A stretch of DNA of 63,298 nt, counting the filler, from Reticulomyxa filosa (lineage: Eukaryota > Protista > Foraminifera), in assembly GCA_000512085.1 (NCBI GenBank). It is 19 parts of 19 records of this genome, joined end to end, with 100 filler letters (N's around TTAATTAATTAA, not from the genome) between each part and the next. Parts side by side here need not be neighbours in the genome. Positions count along the whole stretch, not along the records: positions 12,592 to 15,078 come from ASPP01003766.1; positions 15,179 to 17,065 come from ASPP01017950.1; positions 17,166 to 18,301 come from ASPP01028364.1; positions 18,402 to 20,159 come from ASPP01001290.1; positions 20,260 to 22,023 come from ASPP01035269.1; positions 22,124 to 23,834 come from ASPP01012499.1; positions 23,935 to 39,591 come from ASPP01023936.1; 12 more parts are not named here. One strand, given 5' to 3'. The notes beneath the pieces were generated by a model, which was given only the letters and a program-made list of their open reading frames with translations, was not told where the DNA came from and did no database searches. Positions 12,655 to 24,616 of this stretch are shown here, one piece after another. A program made the position numbers and the translations under genes. Within the stretch, counting starts at the first letter, position 1. Each line of letters starts with the position of its first letter.

Positions 12655-14600
12655 GTTTTTTTTGGGCACTTACGGATTTATATCATTGGCCTGTTTCATT
12701 ATGAGCGTCAGCCACTCGCCAGCATGGCGTCCGTCGTTTCACTATTATAATAAATACACTGCTCTGTGCGGGTTCGTCTTGTGTTTTGGTCTGATGCTTG
12801 CCACTTCGTGGATGTATGCACTCATGGCTTTTGGAATGGGCGCCGGCATATGCTGTTATATCATTTACAAAAAACCGGATGTTTATTGGGGATCCGCCTT
12901 GGACAGTCGAGCTAAATACAAGGTTTGCCGAATTTATTTATTTATTTTTTTTTTTGAATTAACTTATTTCCAAACTTTTTGCTGGGAAAGAAAAAACTTG
13001 AATGTAACAACAAAATTAGGCAAACGAAGCAGCTTTGGCATTGATAGATGTCAAATACCACGTAAAAAACTACCAACCTTCGTTTTTAGTGTTGAGTGGC
13101 GACCCAGAAAAAAGGCTCCCTTTGATCAAGTTTGTCCATACATTACGACATGGTAATGGAACAATCATCTACGGTGATGTCGTGTGTGGAAAACTTCGCG
13201 AGCAATTTAAATCGTTCAATGCAAACAGCCGTCGCTTCTTGCCCAAGCAATTAAAGATTCGTGCGTTTTACGAAAAAATTGTCGCTCCCGATTTGAGCAC
13301 TGGAGTAGAAGCATTGATGCAATTAAATGGCTTAGGAAAATTGAGAGCCAATATTTTGGTTATGGGATTCAAAAACAATTGGCATGATTTTACACCTACT
13401 GCACAAGCAGAGCAACAACTACTCGTCAACGCAAAAAAAAAACCATTGATAAAAAGTGTCACTTTTCCAATGAACAATACGTGCAATTATTGGACGATTG
13501 CCTTGTGCGCAAATACATTACTTTTATTTTTTTGCTTTTTCGTTTTTGTTTGTATACGTATGCCGTTGGAAAAAAAAAAAAAAGGACTACAAAATGGGTT
13601 TTATGATTTGTCGAGGCTTGGAAAATATTCCGTTTGGTAAGATGAAGTCAGGCAATGTGACAGTGAACATGAACGGGCTAAGGGACTTACCCGTATCTTC
13701 CAACATCACAATAATTGATGTATGGTGGCTATTGGATGATGGTGGACTATCGTTACTGATTCCTCACATATTGAGTATCGATCAATTTTGGAAAAAACTC
13801 AGTGCGTCACATCATAGACATGATACCACTGGAACAAATCACAACGATAAAGATGATGTGGTGAACAACAAAGACAATAACAAAACATTAATTCGAAAAA
13901 AACAACGGTATATTGTAAGATTATTCTTGGTTGCGGATGATAACATTGGGGGACCACATTCACATGACGAACATACTACTTCTACCCTCGCCGTTCCAGC
14001 TGCGTCACTTGTAAGATCCAACACCAGCGAAAAAAATGTTCACATGAGTATAACACATTCTTCCAAAAGTGATGAATATCACTTCCGAGAAATGTCGAGA
14101 ATTTCTTCACAGGGTTTGGTTGATATGCACTTGCTAAAAAATCTGGATGACACCACTGGTAGACCTTTTTTGTTTATATGCTTGTTTTTCTCTTTCATAT
14201 AATAAAGTGTCGCACATGTATAGCATGGCAGGCAGAATTGGCTGCGTTATTGCGCAAGTTTCGATTAAATATTAACGGCCCGTATCCAATACGATCGAAC
14301 TGTCGTGAACCAACAATCGAGACCTTTCAGACTTTTTGTAACTTGACAGGTTATCAAATGGCAAATCATGACTCTTGGAGTAATACCAAATTGAAACGCT
14401 GGCTACGTGTTAGTGAATTGATTAACATCTATTCGCATAATCAAGCTTGTGTATTTGTCACAGCACCTCATCCAAGTTCATTCATCGAGCCAACTATGTA
14501 TTTGGGAGTGCTAGATATGCTGAGCAGAACGAATGATAAAAGGGCCACCGTTTTGCTTCGAGGAAATGGTGATAACGTTCTCACTTTTTATTGGGAGTAA
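12655..14600 (+). CDS. Cation-chloride cotransporter (SLC12/NKCC-KCC family), 3' part, multi-exon
   Basis: SPAWRPSFHYYNKY, PDVYWGS, HVKNYQP, GLGKLRANILVMGFK, IDVWWLLDDGGLSLLIPHIL and LLRGNGDNVLTFY are SLC12 signatures. Confidence 0.95.
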
Positions 14601-14889
14601 TTTTTTTTCAATATTTTGTTTCTTTATTCTTTTTTATGTTTATGGGGCTTTTTTTTTCATTTTTTTGTAATCTGTTCGTTTTCGCTCCGATCTTAAGTTC
14701 CAGAATTGTTACAAATTCGTTTCCACAGATCAATCACATAAAAAATTCATCTCACATAAAATTTAACGCTGTACATATTGCAATGAACAGTTTTTAATAG
14801 TGTCGTATTATAAGTATGACCATAAAAATATTTTATAAATTAAATTCCACTGTTTATTGTTACAAAAATTTTTCCTGTGCACTTCGCCA

Positions 14890-15078
14890 AAGGTCTTTTC
14901 CTTGTTTCTTTACTTTCGTTTTTGTCTTGTGTTTCGTGATTTATTTTTATTTAATTTACTTTTGTTTTATTGAAGACTCATTCCAGCAACAATTCTTTCG
15001 TATTACATTGTAGGAGAAGCTCCTACTATATAGGTAGAATCGTTAAAGGGGCTGATGAGCTCCCGGTGGGTTAAACTT
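14890..15078 (+). repeat. Two abutting/nested copies of TG...CA LTR/MITE-like repeat
   Basis: 14930-15007 matches 28975-29048 (TTTAATTTACTTT..GTTTTA.TGAA...CTTTCGTATTACA). A new 5' end, TGTAGGAGAAGCTCCTAC, starts at 15009. Confidence 0.7.
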
Positions 15079-15178
15079 NNNNNNNNNNNNNNNNNNNNNN
15101 NNNNNNNNNNNNNNNNNNNNNNTTAATTAATTAANNNNNNNNNNNNNNNNNNNNNNNNNNNNNNNNNNNNNNNNNNNN

Positions 15179-16214
15179 AAAAAAAAAAAAAAAAACCATT
15201 TCGAATGAATCCTCCGGTCAACTCAAATTCGACAGCTAATTTGTGCAGGTCGATATCCTTGGCGGCAGACAAAAGTGATTGTGGGAGATGACTGTTCCAA
15301 ATTTGTTCTCGCAAGTGGACATCTGGAGGAGGGAACTCCACGACCAAGTGTATCCTCCGATGCATGGCCTCGTCCAAGTCAAAAGGGCGATTTGTGGCAA
15401 GCAATATCAAGTCGTCGTATTGCTCGATCATCATCAGTGCAACATGCACTTGGGATCCTCCAAATTGATTGTCACGTGATTCAAATAGCGATTCGCACTA
15501 TTGGATTGCGCACCACACATACAAAAAAAGTAATAAGACATATTATTTTTAAAAAAGGTATACATATATATATATATATATATAACATGAGTGAAAAATA
15601 AATATTGAAACTTCATCGAAGAAAATGACAGCATTTTGAATTTTGGCCTCTCGAAAAGCCAATCGCAGCATTTCATCGATAGCGTCCTTTTGCAAAGCAG
15701 GGAAATTCAAGACTAGCAGCTTGCGCTGGAAGAAATTGGCAATAGCATGTGCCATCATGGTTTTTGCCGGTGCCGGACATGCCAAAGAAAAGAACGACAG
15801 TCCCTTTGCCATAATCACTGGCCACGGCGTTGCGAGCAACAGCACCCTCTTGGGTCTGCGCTTGTGCATTACCTTGCCCTGTTTGCAGTCTTTGCAGTGT
15901 ACGTCGCAGCTCTTCCATCGACGAAATGGTGTTGACAATCAGGTCTTTCTTAGGCTGCGCCAAAACCACCTCGTCCAAACGGACAGTCGGAGAGTACAAT
16001 CCCGACCCTTGCACCAACGACCCAAACTCGCTGTCCAAACCCACAATGTAGTCCACCATCCTTCGGTCAATCTCCACTTGATAGTGCATCAAGTCGCTGT
16101 TGTACACAAACTCCGGCGCCTGCACATGCATTATGTCTTCTTTCACCAGTCGTGCGCTTTTGTAAAAATATTTGCGACAAGCAATTTGGCTTCGCAAATC
16201 TTCACACTACATAC

Positions 16215-16247
<33 letters not shown>

Positions 16248-17065
16248 GTATATATGTATATATGTATATGTGTATACGTATATGCATGTGCATATGTATA
16301 TATGTATAAATGTATTGATTCAATTAAAATTCAAGTCAATTGAAAGCAAATAAATGAATCACAAAACGAAACATGAATGGCTAGCATTTCACCAACAGTG
16401 AATGGCTCTTGTTGTCTTTGTGCTGCTTTTCTGTTGGTTTTTTTGATTTGTGTATTGCATGGGACGTGATCACAGATTTACACGAGAAAATGGAGAGAAA
16501 AATAGATTGTGTGATTGGACAGAGCACGAAACAAAATGTCGACAGACAAAATACATCCCACCAAAGTGAGGACAATCCATCGCTCAAAGTCTTGCAATTG
16601 TCTGTTTTGCACTAATTGCTCCATTCTTGGACACCATCGATTGGTATTGGAATTGCTTGCATTTAAATTCGAATTCGAATTCGAATTCGAATTCGAGTTC
16701 AAATGTGACTCTCCTATTGTCGCTTGTAGTCTTGCCATGCACTTTTTGTAAGCTTGCTTCTCTTTGTTTTTCAGCTCACGCAACGTCGTCTTTTGCGTTT
16801 TCTTCATAAACTTGCTACTGTCTGTTTCTTCTAAACTGCTCATGTAAATGAGAATGCGCAGCTCAATGACTTTGAAAAACTCTTGCAAATACTCGAGGTC
16901 GTCCGAGTATCCATCCATTTTTCCACTCATTTTGTTCTCTCCTTTACTCGAGGTACCATAGCTATCTGCAATGTCCATCTTTTTTTGTGTCGTTGTAGCT
17001 GTTTCTTTTTTATTGTCGTACTCGAGTTCTTCTTCTTTCTCAACATCACCATTTCCATTGTCATT
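15179..17065 (-). CDS. AAA+ ATPase (internal fragment, multi-exon, one apparent homopolymer frameshift)
   Basis: Walker A GMSGTGKT (extra A at ~15763), Walker B VIFFDE, sensor/arginine finger ATNRPFDLDEAMHRRI and ELTGGFIRN. Confidence 0.9.
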
Positions 17066-17165
17066 NNNNNNNNNNNNNNNNNNNNNNNNNNNNNNNNNNN
17101 NNNNNNNNNTTAATTAATTAANNNNNNNNNNNNNNNNNNNNNNNNNNNNNNNNNNNNNNNNNNNN

Positions 17166-17646
17166 CAAACTCAGTCATTCTTTTTTTATAATTTTGCTCA
17201 TTGTTATTTTGAAATTTCCATTGCTTAAATTCAAATAATAAGTCTATAGTCTCATTGATATTTCCTTGATACCAATTATTAAGTGCAACATAAATAATAT
17301 TTAAATCAATTTCATGATTCCATATTGCACTTATTTGCACAGCTTGTTGGATATGTTTGTGATATTGTCGTTTTTTCAAGTTGATTGCCAACGATTTTGA
17401 ATAATTTCATCAAATACTGTTGTTGCTGTAAAGTTGTGCTATATTAAAATATTAAGATATGGAAGCAATAAATTGATGTTTATATAGATTAAAAAAAAAG
17501 AAAAGAATAAAAATTTGTTGTTACGTGTTCTCAGTTAGCCATGTTAAAACACTTTTTATCTCATTTGGATTAATAATGCATTTCAACTCGTCTGAAATGA
17601 TCTCTTCATCTATCTTAGGAAACGTTTGTTGAAGTTGTACGAGCAT
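17166..17646 (-). pseudogene. Internally deleted paralog of the CUE-PUB-ART family (see 49268-52102)
   Basis: MLVQLQQTFPKIDEEII matches MLIQLQQIFPKIDKEVL. HIQQAVQISAIWNHEIDLNIIY..LLFEFKQWK..NNEQ matches the C-terminus of ORF 49268-50758. Confidence 0.8.
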
Positions 17647-18401
17647 GATAATGATGATTTTTTTTACTTTTGAAGATTCAGAAACTTGATTTAGAAATAG
17701 TAAGTACGTTTCATTATAAACTTGTAATTTATAAATTTTACTTGTTTTTTTATCTTGAAATAATCTAAATCTTTGCAATAAAATGAATCTTATAATTTAT
17801 TTAAACAACAAGGATTGAACGAAACGACAAAAAACATTTCTTTATAGGAATCGTGTGTTCACTTGTTACGCCAAGATTGTAAAAAACAAACTCTTGTTTA
17901 GGAGAGGGAAACCACTCAACAAAACAGCCCCTTTTTTCGCAATCGATATTGAAAATTCAGATTTATTTGTATACATCTTAACAATTAGTAAAAATGATTT
18001 TTTAATCAAATCTATTTTCTTGTCTCATGAAAAAGAAACAACTACCTCATTACAAACTGATATCCAATTTTGACCCTCTTGCTACTATTGGCACTACATA
18101 CTGACTAAGAAACTCAAAAACAGTGTTTTTAAAGTTCTTTTATACTGTGCAAAAAAAACAAACAGTATCTCTTTCTCATCAAGGAATGTCCTTTTCGAAA
18201 TGTTTTCAACACAAGTTTTTAAAAAGGAAAACATTAGAAAAATAAAATAAAATACAAATAAGTTATCATTTTGTCTGTAAAAACATGTTCTTGCTTTTAT
18301 TNNNNNNNNNNNNNNNNNNNNNNNNNNNNNNNNNNNNNNNNNNNNTTAATTAATTAANNNNNNNNNNNNNNNNNNNNNNNNNNNNNNNNNNNNNNNNNNN
18401 N

Positions 18402-18732
18402 GTTTGTGGGATATTCGATCTGGTCAACAAATTCAAGGGTTCAATAGACATACAAATTATGTATTGTCTGTTGAATATTCACCATTTGTAATAAAGAATA
18501 ATATTTGTAATTCGAATGTGATATGTTCTGGATCATTTGATAATACAATTCGTTTTTGGGAATTCGATCAAATAAGAATGAGTTGTATGTGATTAAAGGA
18601 AATGATGAAGATAATGAGATATATTGTCTTAAATTTATTATATTGAAAAAGAAAGATAATACAAAATATGTTAAATATGATTTGAATTTGTGTTATGGTT
18701 CACGCAAGGGTCCCATTTGTATTTGGGGATAA
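18402..18732 (+). CDS. WD40-repeat protein, 3' fragment (1-nt frameshift near 18561)
   Basis: LWDIRSGQQIQ..VEYSPFVIKNN..VICSGSFDNTIRFW...LCYGSRKGPICIWG*. Confidence 0.85.
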
Positions 18733-19633
18733 TTTACTTTTTATCGAATAATAAATGAAGTTGTTTTTTTTTTGAAAAGTTTGATTAAATGAAAAGTAAG
18801 TTGATAATTAAATTTGTTATCTTACTTTGTTGTTTGATAAAATTTAAAAAAAGTTGCGTTCAATGTTTTTAAATAATTCAAAAGTATAATCAAATTACAA
18901 AATATTTGAAGTATTGTTGTTATTGCTGTTGTCATATATTAAGTCATTCTGGTGTACAACAACAATTCAAATTTGGTATTATAAAGTACAAAATTCATTT
19001 AACGCAAGATATTCCATTCTTTAATTTTAAATAAATATGTTAATACATCCAGAAATAAATATATTAACAAAAATATTTTTCAATACTTGTTGTCAAAATT
19101 ATTCATTGAATAATTGGAAAATTATCTCAATACAAAGTGTTGAATTGATATTAAACTTTTTTGATCGTTGTGGATAATTTAATATTTACATATTTACATA
19201 TAATTTATGCCAATTATTCAGGATTTTAAAAACAAACAAAATGCATGATATATTTGATTTGTATGACAACTAAATGTTCAAATTAAACTTGAAAGATATT
19301 CACTTTTTACTGTTGGAATTAATATCTTTTCAACACATATAACATATTTTATATTATACTGTTTGACGATATTTTGAAGGAAAAAATTGAAAGAAGATTA
19401 CGAATAATTAAAAAAAAAAAAGTATTGAAGATGAATTATTCAAGCAAGTATTCTTGTTAACTTGGCTCAAATTATGCTTCAATGAGTTTGATTAAAAGAA
19501 AAAAATTTTAAAGACTTAACAACAATCCAAATCTTATATTGATGAATTGAAATGAAAATTAAAACGAACTTTTGTCAACGTCTTTTCACTTAAAAAAAAA
19601 AGTGATAAATCAAAAAATTTCATTCATATATGC

Positions 19634-20159
19634 TCATCCCCAAATATTTATTGAGCCATTGTTTAGACCATAACACAAGTTAATACAAATATTATTATTT
19701 GCATTTTGTTCATTCTTATTCACTTTTTTTAATTCTATCAATTTAAGACAAAATACCATCCCATTTACTTTCATCGCATGCAATTCGCTCTTATTTGATC
19801 GAACATCCCAAAAACGAATTGTAGTATCATTTGATCCAGAACATATCACATTTGAATTATCACTATTATTCTTTATTACAAATGGTGAATATTCAACAGC
19901 ATTCACAACATCTGTATGTCCATTGAACTCTTGAATTTGTTGACCAGATCGAATATCCCACAAACGAACACTTCCATCATCTGATCCAGATAATATTGTA
20001 TTTAATAGTTCATTTGATCCATATTTTACACTCATCACATAATATGTATGTCCTTTGAATACATTGAATTGTTTTGTTGTTTCAATATCCCATATTCGAA
20101 TAGTTTGATCATCTGATCCAGAACAAATTGTATATCCATTTCCACCAATCACACCAATA
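19634..20159 (-). CDS. WD40-repeat protein, 3' fragment, convergent with 18402-18732
   Basis: Three WD repeats and an ...INIWG* end; same family as 827-1909. Confidence 0.92.
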
Positions 20160-20259
20160 NNNNNNNNNNNNNNNNNNNNNNNNNNNNNNNNNNNNNNNNN
20201 NNNTTAATTAATTAANNNNNNNNNNNNNNNNNNNNNNNNNNNNNNNNNNNNNNNNNNNN

Positions 20260-22023
20260 ACTGTATAACAAGTGGAACAGAAAACTTAGCGGATCAGATA
20301 ATAAACTGAAGAAGCAAATAAATGAAGAATTATCAAGTGGTGGATTAACAAGCAGAAAAAGAATATCCGAAGCAGAAAGCAGAAGGTCGAAAACATCAAC
20401 AATAAGTGTGCATACGGTATCAGAAAGTCAAACCGAGATTTGAAGAAAAACAAATAGTAGGTCGAAATCACCGAAAGATCAAGAAGAAAATCAGAGAAAC
20501 AGATGATCGTCAAGAAGCGAAAGAGAAAGAGGTATATCAAAAAATTGAAGTAAGCGGCGAAGCAGGTTAATTGAAGGAAGTATAAGGAAATGAGATTTTA
20601 TCATGAGGTTATGTATGGAGGGAACAGATCAGGTGTTCTGTTTCTTGCAACTATCGGCAAAAATGATAGAGGTACAAAAAGCAAGAGCAGTAATGGGAAA
20701 AAAGGAATTCAAAGTGATATTTCTGAATATGCATGGGGATTTTCGAAATAAAATAAACAAATACTCACCATTCAGGATTTTCTTGAATAAACAAAAAGCG
20801 GACATAATCGGATGCTGCGAAACAAAATTAGTGGGAAATTTGAAACAAGGTTGTATCGATGATATAAAAATAATACATCAACTATCATATTACAGAGCAT
20901 TAACAAGCGAGATAAAACCAAGCAATGGAATGTGTATGATAATAGATAGTACACAAGAACACAAAGTTAAGTTAAACAAGTATGCATCGATTTTATAAGT
21001 ACGGCGATCTTTGAGGATATACCTATGGTGGTAATTTTAGTATATATCCCCCCGATGGATAAAATCAATGCAGTACATATAGATAGGGCGTGGCAGGACA
21101 TACAAAACGTAGTAAATGTCTTTCAGAGCCTACGATATGCAATACTACTGATGGGAGACATGAATGCAAGAACCAAGTATACGGGGGACAAAGTGAATAA
21201 TCAAAATGGAAATCGATTAATGGAACGGTGTCAAAGAAATGCGCTACTAATATTAAACATAGAGAACTGCAAAGGGCAAAGAACTTTTCATGCAAACAAG
21301 ACAGAGGCAAAAATATTCTCGATTGTTGACTATGCGATAGTCAATATTCACGAATTCTGGGAAGAATCACGAATAAAAATGGAAGTGTTAAAACAGCATG
21401 TGGCATCGGACCATTACCCAATAATGTGCACATTTGAACAAGGAAAAACTGGAAATACAAGATCAATGAGACTACATGCACCATACCACTGTAGGGTAAG
21501 TAACGAGACAGAACGGATCCAAAGGGCGGCTAAAGCATTCGTGGAGATGATGGAAACTAAGCGGAAGGAGGATATTGATGGTAGAACGGTAAAAGAGAGG
21601 TACAATATAATAATGGAGGAACTGTACAAAACATTAATTGATAAGAAAGTGTAACATTCAGAAAGAACACTACAGAATTGGCAGGAAATCGAAGGCCAGA
21701 GACTGAAGAGCTCCATAACATATTGGAAGAAATAAATAAAAAGATACAGATGAACGAGCATGAATCCGAGCGTGTAAATGATTTAATAGAAAAGTACCAA
21801 AATGAGCAACAAAAACAAAGCCAAAAGGAGATAGAAAGGTTATTGAATAAAATACAAGAGCAACACAAAAAGAGGAATGACTTTGAGGTATATAAAAGAA
21901 TCAGACTGGAGGATAAAGGAGAATGGTTCCCGGTGTACGATGAGTGAGAAATAGTAATCCAGCAAAGCGAAAAGATTAAAGTGATATCAAAGTATTACGA
22001 AAAATTATACAGTGAGGATGAAG
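20260..22023 (+). mobile_element. Decayed non-LTR retrotransposon (LINE): APE endonuclease domain and linker
   Basis: APE motifs FLNMHG, DIIGCCETK, VYIPP, LLMGDMNAR, NQNGNRL, RTF, SIVDY and SDHYPI, followed by KYYEKLYS. Contains stops and frameshifts and has a purine-rich sense strand. Confidence 0.92.
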
Positions 22024-22439
22024 NNNNNNNNNNNNNNNNNNNNNNNNNNNNNNNNNNNNNNNNNNNNTTAATTAATTAANNNNNNNNNNNNNNNNNNNNN
22101 NNNNNNNNNNNNNNNNNNNNNNNAAATGGGTACACGTATACAAATCGCTGGGTGAAAAAAAAAAAAAAAAGCTGGTTACATTTTCATTTATCGGTGCGTG
22201 GTGGGGGCCGAAAACAATTGCAGCCATAGGTGCAGACGGAATTTTTAATGGTTTTTTGGGAACGTCAGGCAGTTTCGATATTTTCTTTACTCACATAATT
22301 TTTGAGTATTTTTGTTGTTGTTGTTGTCCTTTTTGGTTTATTGCACAAATTTTTTTTTTTTTTGGTTCTCAAAAATATAAAGAAGAGAGGAAGGGAGAAA
22401 TTGAAACAATAGAGAAGGTTTCCTATGTCGTTATGAAAA

Positions 22440-23834
22440 AAAAAAACCACAAAACTTTTTGTAACTTATGTTTTGTTTGTGTGATAGCGAACGACATCTA
22501 CACATCGAAAATAGCCTGCTTTGTGATTTCGTCGGGTGAGTACACTAACATAAACAATTACCCGTGTTCGGGGAAAGCAGTGATGAACAAAAACTTTTAC
22601 GGCAATACCATACCGCAATCTGCCATTGTGTACTTTCGTTTTTTCAATCGCCAAGTAATCACTTGGAAAGGATATCAATGGTGGAAACAATATCTCAGTC
22701 AGACCGCTGCGCCAGGTCTTGTGGGGTCATGCCCTCTTTATATCCTTTTTTTTTTTCTTTCCTGCCCTCTCTCCTCCCTCCTCTAATTGCAGCCTTTACC
22801 TTATCAGCCTCCAAACCAAACCAAATCAAAACAAAACAAAACAAAAATAGGCGATAATTACTTCTCTGGTGATTCTCAATATATATACGTAGATGGAGAT
22901 GATTTGCTTCATATCACTATTACCTTGGATTCACCCTCGGGGAATCGTTATTGTACATTACTCAAAAACTTTGAGTACCTCGGATATGGTTAATCCGTAT
23001 ATTACATATGCATTTTTTTTTTTTTGGTATTATAACTCACGCAGCTGAAACGCATAAAAAAAAAAATTGAAATGGTCGCATAGGAAGTTACATGTGGACA
23101 ACAGCGAATCGAATCGATTTATTGGTTTGTTGTTTCTGTATGCTCTTGTGTGTATCTCACTTTTATTTGTTTGAATGCAATGAATGTTAATGGAGATAGG
23201 ACAAGAACGCAGTGTTTTCGGTAGGTTTATATGACTCAACAAAAGAGGCGCTGGTCGGAAACTCAGAGGTGAACATGACCGTAACCAATTGGGGGTCTAA
23301 CAATGTCAACATGAGCAGTCGCTACACCACCGTGAATACCAACAATTTTCAAATGCAGCATCTCTACAGCCTGCCCAACTTAACTAATGTGTACCACTCT
23401 TCCAGTTTGGGTAATGCTTACTACGTCACATTCGTCATGGTTTGGAAGCCTACATACATCTACTTTTCCACGTGGATTGGCTCTATTCTCTCAGTTCATC
23501 TTTCTCTCCTCCTTGTTACAAATTTGGAACTAGTGTTTGTTTGTTTTTTTTCCCTCCCCCCCCCCCCCCCTCCTTTGATCTTGCTTCCCCCCTTTTTGCA
23601 GACAAAACGGTGGTACCATGACTTCAACTTGACGAACAGCTCCAACGTCCCCGACCCACATTATGCAAGTCCATACGCGATCATTTGGAACAAACAGCGT
23701 TCCACTAGCGCCGTGTCGTCCGATCAAGAGGTTGTCATCTCTGATTTCGTGTATTGCACTGGCAATGTATTCGTCGACTCCAGCGGCTGCAGTCATAGTA
23801 TCAGTCCTTTTCAATGTTTCGTTTACATATATAT
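22440..23834 (+). CDS. GH16-like (ConA/laminin-G fold) protein with degenerate catalytic motif, multi-exon, truncated
   Basis: Spliced product ITWKGYQW..APGDNYFSGDSQYIYVDGDDLLHITI..LGYGSYMW..LDKNAVFSVGLYD..SEVNMTVTNWG..WKPTYIYF parallels a bacterial GH16 pattern (GPNYFS, VWVD.G.LHL, LGYG.Y, EIDIE..WG). Confidence 0.65.
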
Positions 23835-23934
23835 NNNNNNNNNNNNNNNNNNNNNNNNNNNNNNNNNNNNNNNNNNNNTTAATTAATTAANNNNNNNNNN
23901 NNNNNNNNNNNNNNNNNNNNNNNNNNNNNNNNNN

Positions 23935-23966
<32 letters not shown>

Positions 23967-23976
23967 GTTTGTTTAT

Positions 23977-24189
23977 TTATTTGTCTTTATCTTTTTTTTT
24001 CTTTAATGCATATTCTAACGTAACTGCTGTCAACTCGTAGTCCGGATGTAACAAGTCCTCATTGCCGTCGTAGTCGACAGTCTGTAGCTTTGCGTTACTC
24101 ATACTCGCCGTAGCAACAGCCAATTCCAAATTAGTTCGTTCATCTTTTTTCCCTTCTTCAGTATCTAAATTTCGTGGAGATTCCAGCAT
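23977..24189 (-). CDS. First exon of an unknown gene (truncated at contig end)
   Basis: ATG-initiated, hydrophilic and coding-like in composition; no recognisable motif. Confidence 0.35.
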   Translation of the reverse strand: MLESPRNLDTEEGKKDERTNLELAVATASMSNAKLQTVDYDGNEDLLHPDYELTAVTLEYALKKKKDKDK

Positions 24190-24616
24190 TTATTTGATAG
24201 GAAGAGACTTAAGAGTAAAACAAAAATCTAGTGCAAATACGGAAAAAAAAGCTCAAACGTTGGGGTGCTTTTTTTTTTTGCCTTTTCGCAAGTGGACAAG
24301 TTCGTTTAAAACAACCTACCAACAGTTTTATTTTTCTTGTCTCATAATAAAACCAACTGGTCTATACTAAAATTGCGTTTGAGAGAAAAAAAAAAATGGA
24401 GTCAATAGAAATGGTGTCAACAATGTTCTTACAACAGAATTTTTTTTTTTTTTTTACTTTGAATTGTATGCTATACTTGCATCTTGTTTCAATTTTTAAA
24501 TTCAAACACTGGAAAAAAAAAAAATTGAAGTAATTTGAACACTGATTTTGTGTGCATAAGTTTATTGTAAAAATATACTTCATCATCACAACTAAGCAAA
24601 AAAAAAAACAACTCTT

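Noticed and set aside
15050-15078. Hammerhead ribozyme in the TG...CA repeat (CTGATGA...AAAC; CTGAGGA...AAAC at ~28903)
   Set aside because: The required GAAA is TAAA in both copies, stem II is poor and no stems I/III could be built.
15761-15765. Programmed frameshift in the ATPase Walker A
   Set aside because: It falls in a homopolymer, and similar slips occur throughout the window, consistent with sequencing error.
20261-22023. TGA reassignment (alternative genetic code)
   Set aside because: TGA ends host genes here (e.g. 58301-58303, 19634-19636), Trp is encoded by TGG and the element also has frameshifts; decay is the simpler explanation.
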